Assembly: GCA_048636595.1 (NCBI GenBank)
Contig: JAIVWI010000001.1
Span: forward strand, 1 to 55,697
DNA: 55,697 nucleotides
Direction of reading: 5' to 3'
Source of the DNA: Oceanospirillum sp.
Lineage (GTDB): Bacteria > Pseudomonadota > Gammaproteobacteria > Xanthomonadales > SZUA-36
The position numbers were made by a program, and so were the translations under genes. Numbering within the stretch: position 1 is the first letter of the stretch; each line of letters starts with the position of its first letter. This document shows, piece by piece, positions 46,159-55,697 of this stretch. Under the pieces are notes generated by a model. The model was not told the DNA's origin. It did not search any database and was given only the letters and a program-made list of their open reading frames with translations.

Positions 46159-47136
46159 ATGAATAGTCCCGTTAGAGTCGCCATAACCGGCGCCGCCGGC
46201 CAGATTGGTTATCAACTTTGTTTCAGGATTGCAGCCGGGGATATGCTGGGGCCGGATCAGCCGGTCATTCTTCAATTACTGGAAATTACGCCGGCCCTTG
46301 GGGCGCTGGACGGTGTTGTAATGGAGTTGCGGGACGCTGCATTTCCCCTGTTGATGGATGTAGTGGCCACGGATAATGCGGAAACTGCATTCCAGGATAC
46401 GGATTATGCTTTGCTGGTTGGCGCCAGGCCTCGTGGTCCCGGTATGGAGCGTAAGGACTTGATCTCCGCCAATGGAAAGATTTTCGGACCGCAGGGTGCG
46501 GCGATGAACAAGGTTGCCAGCCGGGATATCAAGGTGCTGGTAGTGGGCAACCCGGCCAACACGAACGCATTGATCGCGCGCGCCGCGGCACCTGACCTTG
46601 ATCCGCGTAATTTCACCGCGATGACCCGCCTGGACCACAATCGCAGCATGGCTCAATTGGCCGCCAAGACCGGGAGTCACAGCTCGAAAATTACCAACAT
46701 GCTGGTCTGGGGTAATCACTCCTCGACCCAGTACCCGGATATCCGCTTCGCGAAGGTGGATGGCAAATCAGCCGGTGACCTGGTCAGCCAGGATTGGTAC
46801 CGCGATACATTTATTCCGGATGTGCAGCAGCGTGGCGCGGCGATCATCAAGGCCCGCGGTGCTTCCAGCGCGGCCTCGGCAGCCTCGTCAGCAATAGACC
46901 ACGTACGCAACTGGGCCCTGGGAACGCCTGAGGGAGACTGGGTTTCCATGTCGGTTCCAGCGGATGGCAGCTATGGCATCGAATCCGGCGTCATTTACTC
47001 CTATCCCTGTGTCTGCGAAAACGGCGATTACCGCATCGTCCAGGGACTTGAAATCGATGAGTTCAGCCGTGAGCGCATGGATGCTACCGAGGCGGAACTG
47101 CTGGAAGAACGGGCGGCAGTAGAAGACCTGCTCTGA
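46159..47136 (+). CDS. mdh: Malate dehydrogenase
   Basis: [27 protein letters not shown] and NPANTNA motifs; 325 aa (cytoplasmic/Thermus-type MDH family). Confidence 0.93.
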   Translation: MNSPVRVAITGAAGQIGYQLCFRIAAGDMLGPDQPVILQLLEITPALGALDGVVMELRDAAFPLLMDVVATDNAETAFQDTDYALLVGARPRGPGMERKDLISANGKIFGPQGAAMNKVASRDIKVLVVGNPANTNALIARAAAPDLDPRNFTAMTRLDHNRSMAQLAAKTGSHSSKITNMLVWGNHSSTQYPDIRFAKVDGKSAGDLVSQDWYRDTFIPDVQQRGAAIIKARGASSAASAASSAIDHVRNWALGTPEGDWVSMSVPADGSYGIESGVIYSYPCVCENGDYRIVQGLEIDEFSRERMDATEAELLEERAAVEDLL

Positions 47137-47313
47137 TCAATGCCTTTAGTGGTTGACGTCGATGCCGGCGTCAACCGCATCGTAGTCCGGCGATCGAAAT
47201 TGAAGGATCCAATATACTCTCGTCTAATTGCGTTCTGGGTTTGTCAAGGTGACAATAGTCTGTCGTGGCTGTAGTCGACACTCAATAACGAGAATCCGCA
47301 GGCGGGCAAAGCG

Positions 47314-49464
<2,151 letters not shown>

Positions 49465-49513
49465 TTCTTTTACATGGCAATGCAGGATTCTGCGGTGCGA
49501 CAGAGGATTATGT

Positions 49514-51046
49514 ATGCAAGAGATTGTCAAACAACTGGAAGAAAAACGTAAAGCTGCCGCCCTTGGGGGTGGCCAGCGCCGGATCGATGTCCAGCACGGT
49601 CACGGCAAGCTTACCGCCCGTGAACGTCTTGACTTACTCCTGGACAAGGGCAGTTTTGAAGAGTGGGATATCTTTGTCGAGCACCGCTGCACCGATTTCG
49701 GCATGGCAGACAAGAAAATCCCTGGTGATGGAGTAGTTACTGGTTATGGCACCATCAACGGCCGGGTGGTGTTTGTCTTCAGCCAGGATTTCACTGTCTT
49801 TGGCGGTTCGCTCTCCGAAGCGCATGCCGAGAAGATCTGCAAGGTCATGGATCAAGCCATGAAGGTGGGCGCACCCGTCATCGGCCTCAACGACTCGGGT
49901 GGCGCCCGCATCCAGGAAGGAGTGGCTTCCCTGGGCGGCTACGCCGAGATATTCCAGCGTAATGTGATGGCCTCCGGCGTGGTGCCGCAGATCTCCGTCA
50001 TCATGGGGCCGTGCGCCGGAGGCGCCGTATACTCGCCGGCCATAACCGACTTCATCTTCATGGTGAAAGACAGCTCTTACATGTTTGTCACCGGTCCCGA
50101 TGTGGTCAAGACGGTGACCCACGAAGAGGTGACAGCGGAAGAACTGGGCGGCGCCATGACCCATTCCACCGTCTCCGGTGTCTGCGATCGCGCTTACGAG
50201 AACGATGTGGAAACGCTGTTGATGGTGCGGCGGTTCATCAACTATTTGCCGGCCAATAATCGCGAAAAACCCCCGTACCGGCCCACACCCGACCGCGCCG
50301 ACCGTATGGAAATGTCTCTCGACACCCTGGTTCCGGATAATCCCAACTTGCCTTACGACATTAAGGAGTTGATCTACAAGGTGTCAGATGACAGCGAGTT
50401 CTGGGAACTGCAACCCGAGCATGCGCAGAACATCGTCATTGGATTCGCCCGCATGGACGGCCATACGGTGGGCATCGTGGCCAACCAGCCCATGGTGCTT
50501 GCGGGATGCCTGGACATAAATTCAGCCATCAAGGGGGGACGTTTCGTACGTTTTTGCGACGCATTCAACATTCCCATACTCACCTTCGTCGATGTGCCGG
50601 GCTTCTTGCCGGGAACGGCGCAGGAGTACGGCGGCATCATCAAACACGGCGCCAAGCTGTTATTTGCCTACGCCGAGGCTACCGTTCCCAAGATCACCGT
50701 GATCACCCGTAAGGCCTATGGCGGCGCTTATGACGTGATGAGTTCCAAGCATCTTCGTGGAGATGTCAACCTGGCCTGGCCCAGTGCGGAAATCGCAGTT
50801 ATGGGGCCCAAGGGTGCGGTGGAGATCATCTTCCGTAACGACATCGGGGACGAGGAGAAAATTGCTGAGCGCACCGAGGAGTACCGGCGCAAATTCGCCA
50901 ATCCGTTTATCGCCGGCAGCCGCGGTTATATCGATGATGTGATTGCACCCCACGCCACCCGCAAGCGCATTTGCCGCTCACTTGCCATGTTGCGGGACAA
51001 ACGGCTCGACAACCCGTGGCGCAAGCATGACAACATTCCGCTGTAG
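49514..51046 (+). CDS. pccB: Propionyl-CoA carboxylase, carboxyltransferase (beta) subunit
   Basis: [20 protein letters not shown]...[14 protein letters not shown] and SGGARIQEG motifs. The ATG at 49514 follows AGAGGA. The ORF-track start at 49328 overlaps the mutase and is rejected. Confidence 0.9.
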   Translation: MQEIVKQLEEKRKAAALGGGQRRIDVQHGHGKLTARERLDLLLDKGSFEEWDIFVEHRCTDFGMADKKIPGDGVVTGYGTINGRVVFVFSQDFTVFGGSLSEAHAEKICKVMDQAMKVGAPVIGLNDSGGARIQEGVASLGGYAEIFQRNVMASGVVPQISVIMGPCAGGAVYSPAITDFIFMVKDSSYMFVTGPDVVKTVTHEEVTAEELGGAMTHSTVSGVCDRAYENDVETLLMVRRFINYLPANNREKPPYRPTPDRADRMEMSLDTLVPDNPNLPYDIKELIYKVSDDSEFWELQPEHAQNIVIGFARMDGHTVGIVANQPMVLAGCLDINSAIKGGRFVRFCDAFNIPILTFVDVPGFLPGTAQEYGGIIKHGAKLLFAYAEATVPKITVITRKAYGGAYDVMSSKHLRGDVNLAWPSAEIAVMGPKGAVEIIFRNDIGDEEKIAERTEEYRRKFANPFIAGSRGYIDDVIAPHATRKRICRSLAMLRDKRLDNPWRKHDNIPL

Positions 51047-51057
51047 AGGGCCTGCAA

Positions 51058-53043
51058 GTGTTTGATAAAATTCTGATTGCAAACCGTGGTGAAATTGCGT
51101 GCCGCGTTATCAGGTCCGCACGCAAAATGGGTATTAAAACCGTGGCCGTCTATTCCGATGCCGATCGCAACGCCTTGCATGTGCAAATGGCCGATGAGGC
51201 CGTCCACATCGGGCCGTCACCCTCTGCACAAAGTTACCTGTTGAAGGACAGGATCATTCAGGCCTGCCTGGACACCGGTGCCCAGGCGGTACATCCGGGC
51301 TACGGATTTCTCTCTGAGAACTCTGAATTTTGCGAGTTGTTGGCGGCAGCGGGTATCGTTTTCATCGGACCGAAGACCCGCGCCATCGAGGCCATGGGTG
51401 ACAAGATCACGTCCAAGAAGCTGGCCGGTGAGGCCGGGGTAAACACCATCCCGGGTTTTACCAGTGTGTTGCGCGATAGCGAACATGCAGTGAAAATCTC
51501 CAATGAGCTCGGTTACCCGGTGATGCTCAAGGCCACCGCCGGCGGCGGCGGCAAGGGCATGCGTATTGCACGCAACGATGAAGAGTGCCGGGACAGCTTC
51601 GAGCAGGCGGCCAACGAAGCGCGCACCGCCTTCGGTGACGACCGCATGTTCGTAGAGAAATACATCGAGGAACCACGCCACATCGAGATTCAGATCATTG
51701 CCGACAGCCACGGCAACGTGATCCACCTGAATGAGCGTGAATGTTCCTTGCAGCGCCGTCACCAAAAGGTGATCGAAGAAGCGCCATCACCGTTTCTTGA
51801 TGAAGTCACCCGCAAGGAAATGGGCGAGCAGGCAGTGGCCCTGGCCAGGGCAGTGGATTACCAGTCCGCCGGCACCGTGGAATTCATTGTCGATACCCAG
51901 CACAACTTCTATTTCCTGGAGATGAACACCCGCCTGCAGGTAGAGCACCCGGTTACCGAGTTCATCACGGGTGTCGATCTGGTGGAATTGATGATCCGCG
52001 TAGCCGGCGGCGAAAAGCTGCCCATCACCCAGGCGGATGTGGGCATCGACGGCTGGGCCATTGAATCCCGTGTCTATGCCGAGGATCCGTTCCGCAACTT
52101 CCTGCCCTCGATTGGCCGGCTGGTGTACTACCGCCCGCCCGGGGACGATGACCATGTGCGAGTGGACACCGGGGTCTTTGAAGGCGGCGAGGTTTCGATG
52201 TATTACGACCCGATGATCGCCAAGCTCATCACCCACGGCGCCAACCGGGAAGAGGCCATTGCTCACATGCGCCTGGCGCTGGATCGCTTTATCATCCGCG
52301 GCGTCTCCAATAACCTCAGCTTCCTGTCAGCGCTGATGGTGCATCCACGTTTCGTGGAAGGGAACATGAACACCAATATGATTGGTGAAGAGTATCCGGA
52401 CGGTTTCCACCCGGCGGACGTTCCCGTTGATGATCCCACCATCATCATCTCCGTGGCTGCTTCGATGCTTCGTGGCTACCGTGATCGTGCCGCTCAGATC
52501 GATGGGCAACTCAGTGGGCATGAACACCACGTGTTCGATGACTGGGTGGTGGTAATGAACAATGAGCACCATCCGGTTTCCGTTGTTCCCGCAGAAGGCG
52601 GTCACGATGTGGTGTACAACGGCAATACCTATGCCGTGCGTAGTAATTGGGAGTTTGGACAGCACCTCTTCAGTGGCACCATCAATGGCGAGCAGATCTA
52701 CGTCCAGGTGGAGCGTAGAAACCAGACCTACCGCCTGTTCCATTGCGGTTCCCAGGCCGATGTCAGCGTGGACACGCCACGGGCGGCTGAACTCCTGCGC
52801 TACATGCCAGTGAAAGCCCCGCCGGATATGTCCAGATACCTGCTTTCGCCCATGCCGGGTCTGTTGGTGTCGCTGGCAGTCAAGGAAGGCGATATTTTCA
52901 ATGCAGGTGAAAAGTTGGCGGTGATCGAGGCCATGAAAATGGAGAACACCCTGCGTGCGGAGCGCGATGGTGTGGTGACGAAAATCAACTACGAGCCCGG
53001 CGCCAGACTTGCCGTGGATGACAAGATCATGGAGTTTGAGTAG
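51058..53043 (+). CDS. pccA: Propionyl-CoA (acyl-CoA) carboxylase, biotin carboxylase/BCCP (alpha) subunit
   Basis: MFDKILIANRGEIACRVIR, ATP-grasp GGGGKGMRIA, and C-terminal biotinylation motif EAMKMEN; 661 aa. Substrate is assigned from context. Confidence 0.88.
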   Translation: MFDKILIANRGEIACRVIRSARKMGIKTVAVYSDADRNALHVQMADEAVHIGPSPSAQSYLLKDRIIQACLDTGAQAVHPGYGFLSENSEFCELLAAAGIVFIGPKTRAIEAMGDKITSKKLAGEAGVNTIPGFTSVLRDSEHAVKISNELGYPVMLKATAGGGGKGMRIARNDEECRDSFEQAANEARTAFGDDRMFVEKYIEEPRHIEIQIIADSHGNVIHLNERECSLQRRHQKVIEEAPSPFLDEVTRKEMGEQAVALARAVDYQSAGTVEFIVDTQHNFYFLEMNTRLQVEHPVTEFITGVDLVELMIRVAGGEKLPITQADVGIDGWAIESRVYAEDPFRNFLPSIGRLVYYRPPGDDDHVRVDTGVFEGGEVSMYYDPMIAKLITHGANREEAIAHMRLALDRFIIRGVSNNLSFLSALMVHPRFVEGNMNTNMIGEEYPDGFHPADVPVDDPTIIISVAASMLRGYRDRAAQIDGQLSGHEHHVFDDWVVVMNNEHHPVSVVPAEGGHDVVYNGNTYAVRSNWEFGQHLFSGTINGEQIYVQVERRNQTYRLFHCGSQADVSVDTPRAAELLRYMPVKAPPDMSRYLLSPMPGLLVSLAVKEGDIFNAGEKLAVIEAMKMENTLRAERDGVVTKINYEPGARLAVDDKIMEFE

Positions 53044-53048
53044 AGACG

Positions 53049-54071
53049 GTGTCGTCGCAGAGTAGCGAGTCAGAATTGGCGCAAGCAACCGCGGAACTGG
53101 CTGACGGTGTGCTTGATGGTAATCGGCGTGCGCTTGCGCGGGCCATCACCCTGATCGAGTCCACACGGCCTGATCACCGCGCCGCCGCCAGTACCCTGCT
53201 CCAGCGACTAACGCCGTACGCGGGCAAATCAATCCGGCTGGGGATCTCGGGCGTGCCAGGGGTCGGTAAATCGACCTTTATCGAGGCCCTGGGCAACCAC
53301 GTAATCGATGCAGGTCACCGGGTGGCTGTGCTCACCGTGGACCCTTCGTCAGCGATCAGCGGTGGCTCCATTCTGGGCGACAAGACCCGTATGGAGCTGC
53401 TGTCGCGTCGCAGCGAGGCCTACATCCGGCCTTCGCCTTCCGGTAACACCCTGGGGGGCGTCAACCAGCATAGCCGCGAGGCCCTGATTCTCTGTGAGGC
53501 GGCCGGTTTCGACGTAATTATCGTGGAGACGGTCGGTGTCGGGCAATCCGAGACCAAAGTGGCGGACATGACCGATATGTTCGTGTTGCTGCTTTTGCCC
53601 GGCGGTGGTGATGAACTCCAGGGCATAAAACGCGGCATCATGGAGCTGGCCGACCTGATCCTCATCAACAAAGCCGATGGCGACCTGCAGGTGCTTGCCG
53701 GGCGAACCGCGGCGGAATATCGCAATGCGCTGCGCTTGCTCCACCCCCGTTCGGCGGATTGGAAGGTAGAGGTCCGGACCTGTTCCGCCCGGGACGATGT
53801 GGGTATCACTGAGGTCTGGGAGGCAGCATTGCACCACCGTGAAGTCCTCGAGGCCAGTGGCCAGTTCACAGAACGCCGCGCGGCACAAGCTCGGGCCTGG
53901 ATGTGGTCGGAAGTGAAAGACAGTCTCATTATGGCGCTGCAAAGCGATCCAGAGGTAAGCAAGCAAATTCCAGCCCTGGAGGCAGCTGCCAGCGAGGGGC
54001 GCATCCCGCCGACCATCGCTGCAAGGCAGTTGCTGGAGATCTTTCTCAAACGTCATAAACAGTGGGATTAA
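53049..54071 (+). CDS. meaB: Methylmalonyl-CoA mutase accessory GTPase MeaB/ArgK
   Basis: P-loop [26 protein letters not shown] and INKADGD motifs. GTG start 5 nt after the pccA stop, so the exact start is uncertain. Confidence 0.9.
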   Translation: MSSQSSESELAQATAELADGVLDGNRRALARAITLIESTRPDHRAAASTLLQRLTPYAGKSIRLGISGVPGVGKSTFIEALGNHVIDAGHRVAVLTVDPSSAISGGSILGDKTRMELLSRRSEAYIRPSPSGNTLGGVNQHSREALILCEAAGFDVIIVETVGVGQSETKVADMTDMFVLLLLPGGGDELQGIKRGIMELADLILINKADGDLQVLAGRTAAEYRNALRLLHPRSADWKVEVRTCSARDDVGITEVWEAALHHREVLEASGQFTERRAAQARAWMWSEVKDSLIMALQSDPEVSKQIPALEAAASEGRIPPTIAARQLLEIFLKRHKQWD

Positions 54072-54093
54072 TGAATCAACCCCGGAGGCGCAT

Positions 54094-54567
54094 ATGAACG
54101 ACCGGCCTTTTAAAGTGCTCGGTATTCAGCAGATCGCAGTGAGCAGTCTGGACAAAAACCGCTTGCGCGCACTATGGGTGGATACCCTCGGTCTCAGGCT
54201 GAGTGGGAGCTACCGGAGTGTGTCGGAAAATGTCGACGAAGATATCGCGGTGGCCGGTTCCGGACCGCTTAAGGTGGAAGTCGACCTGATGCAGCCACTC
54301 GATCCCGACAAGAAACCCAGGGTGCAGAATCCACCACTCAATCACGTGGGCTTGTGGATCGACGATCTGCCGGCCGCGGTGGCGTGGCTACAGGCTCGTG
54401 GTGTGCGTTTTGCACCAGGCGGTATCCGCAAGGGAGCATCCGGCTTCGACATCTGTTTTATTCATCCAAAAGCTAACGAAGAGTCTCCCATCGGAGGGGA
54501 AGGTGTGTTGATCGAACTGGTCCAGGCGCCGGCGGAAGTACGTGAGGCCTTTGAACGCCTGGCGTAG
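54094..54567 (+). CDS. Methylmalonyl-CoA epimerase-like VOC (glyoxalase-fold) protein
   Basis: [17 protein letters not shown] and GVLIELVQ align by eye with remembered epimerase motifs (GLHHMAWRVDD, INFMHPK, GVLIELTQ). Sits in the mutase/carboxylase operon. Confidence 0.75.
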   Translation: MNDRPFKVLGIQQIAVSSLDKNRLRALWVDTLGLRLSGSYRSVSENVDEDIAVAGSGPLKVEVDLMQPLDPDKKPRVQNPPLNHVGLWIDDLPAAVAWLQARGVRFAPGGIRKGASGFDICFIHPKANEESPIGGEGVLIELVQAPAEVREAFERLA

Positions 54568-54650
54568 GTCACAGCATACTTCTGCTTTCTTGCTTTCACG
54601 GGCGCTGCTGGCTATTCTGTGCTCCCGCCAATTCTCCAGGTGACAAAACC

Positions 54651-55640
54651 GTGCTTGCCAGCGAAAAAAACATCTTGTTTGTCTTCCCCGGCCAGGGGTC
54701 GCAGTACCCCGGTATGGGTAGCGACCTCTACCAGGAATATCCTGCCGCCAGAAGAGTCTATGAGCAGGCCAGCAACGTCCTTGCTTACGATGTTGCGGAG
54801 CTTTCATTCAATGACCCGGAAGATCAGATTAATCAGACCCGGTTTACACAACCTGCCTTGTTGACCCACTCCATCGCTTGCCTGGAGGCCTTCAGGGAAT
54901 TGACCGATGACCGGCTGACGCCGGCTATGGCCGCAGGACACAGCGTTGGTGAGTACGCAGCACTGGTTGCGGCAAAGGCCCTCAGTTTCGAAAGCGCTTT
55001 GAAACTGGTGCAGAAGCGGGGGGAATTGATGGGCGACTATGGCGAGGGCGAGATGGCTGCTTTCCGCCTGGATGTGGATACGATTCGACCGATTGCCGAG
55101 CGTTACCACTGCGCGGTCGCCGGTTGTAATCTACCTCAACAGACAGTCATTGGCGGCCGGAATGAAGACCTGGCATTGGTGGAGCAGGCGGCCCTGGAAC
55201 AATCTGTCCGGAATCGTTCAGTGCGCTTGAAGACCGAAGGAGCCTTCCATACTTATTATATGGTCACGGCTGCACAGCATTTTCGGCCTGTCCTGGAAGC
55301 AGCCGAATTTGATCCATCTGAAGTGCGGGTATTGTCCAATTTCACAGGCGGTTACCACCAGGCTGATCCCGCAGACATCAGGGCAGGCCTGTTCTTTCAG
55401 CTATTCCATCCGGTGCTGTGGTATTCGAATCTTCAAACGGCATTCGGTGACGGCATCGATATGATCTTTGAATTCGGTGGAGGGATTGGTCCCGCCACTG
55501 AGCCGGACGGAAAGCGGCCAAACCTGGATGGCATGATTAAAAAGGCCCTGCGCGCCACCAGTCATGAAGCGCAATATCTGGCAGCGATTAATTGCCAATC
55601 CCTCAGTGAAACGGTGACGTTCGTGAAGGGTTCTGATTGA
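54651..55640 (+). CDS. FabD-like acyl-CoA:ACP transacylase (malonyl-CoA-ACP transacylase family), orphan copy
   Basis: FVFPGQGSQYPGMG, active-site GHSVGEY, Arg in VQKRGELM, and GAFHT. GTG start 8 nt after AGGTGA. No fabH/fabG/acpP neighbours are visible. Confidence 0.85.
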   Translation: MLASEKNILFVFPGQGSQYPGMGSDLYQEYPAARRVYEQASNVLAYDVAELSFNDPEDQINQTRFTQPALLTHSIACLEAFRELTDDRLTPAMAAGHSVGEYAALVAAKALSFESALKLVQKRGELMGDYGEGEMAAFRLDVDTIRPIAERYHCAVAGCNLPQQTVIGGRNEDLALVEQAALEQSVRNRSVRLKTEGAFHTYYMVTAAQHFRPVLEAAEFDPSEVRVLSNFTGGYHQADPADIRAGLFFQLFHPVLWYSNLQTAFGDGIDMIFEFGGGIGPATEPDGKRPNLDGMIKKALRATSHEAQYLAAINCQSLSETVTFVKGSD

Positions 55641-55665
55641 GCGAGTCTTGAGACCAGGCGTAAGA

Positions 55666-55695
55666 AAAACCCCGCTGAATCAGCGGGGTTTTTCA
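55666..55695 (+). terminator. Intrinsic (potentially bidirectional) terminator after the FabD-like gene
   Basis: AAAAA-CCCCGCTGA-A-TCAGCGGGG-TTTTT, 26 nt after the stop codon. Confidence 0.85.
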
Positions 55696-55697
55696 TT

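Noticed and set aside
47137-47313. Cobalamin riboswitch upstream of the B12-dependent mutase
   Set aside because: There is no B12-box-like sequence or multi-stem architecture visible by eye, and the region is short with only simple palindromes. An Infernal scan would be decisive.

Overview
This window looks like a moderately GC-rich, apparently gammaproteobacterial chromosome (pdxB is present and the gene order is gamma-type). Nt 1-30630 are one uninterrupted plus-strand transcription/translation supercluster. It runs from the 3' end of one tuf copy through tRNA-Trp, secE-nusG, rplKAJL, rpoBC and rpsL-rpsG-fusA-tuf. It continues through the S10, spc and alpha operons, including rpmJ, which is below the ORF-track size cutoff. 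Several ORF-track N-termini are over-extended and are corrected in the features. Nt 30630-55697 hold ordinary but mixed housekeeping and metabolic genes. These are feoA-feoB plus a coupled secreted ORF, hutI-hutH, and dsbB / class II DAHP synthase / M61-PDZ peptidase. They are followed by typA, a secreted hypothetical, pdxB, ggt and mdh. The window ends with a compact propionyl-CoA to succinyl-CoA module (mcm, pccB, pccA, meaB, epimerase) followed by an orphan FabD-like acyltransferase. I found no CRISPR array, transposase, integrase, phage gene or recognisable defence or toxin system, so I cannot support a claim of a novel multi-gene system. The less ordinary observations are listed here. (1) A signal-peptide ORF is translationally coupled to feoB where FeoC would be expected. 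(2) A 118-nt near-perfect hairpin lies in the convergent gap after rplQ. (3) An unusually long structured spacer sits inside the spc operon. (4) An in-frame TAG follows the best ggt start. (5) An orphan FabD-like gene and an epimerase with an apparent His-to-Gln ligand change lie in the methylmalonyl-CoA cluster. All functional calls rest on reading the translated ORFs and on motif memory; no searches were run.
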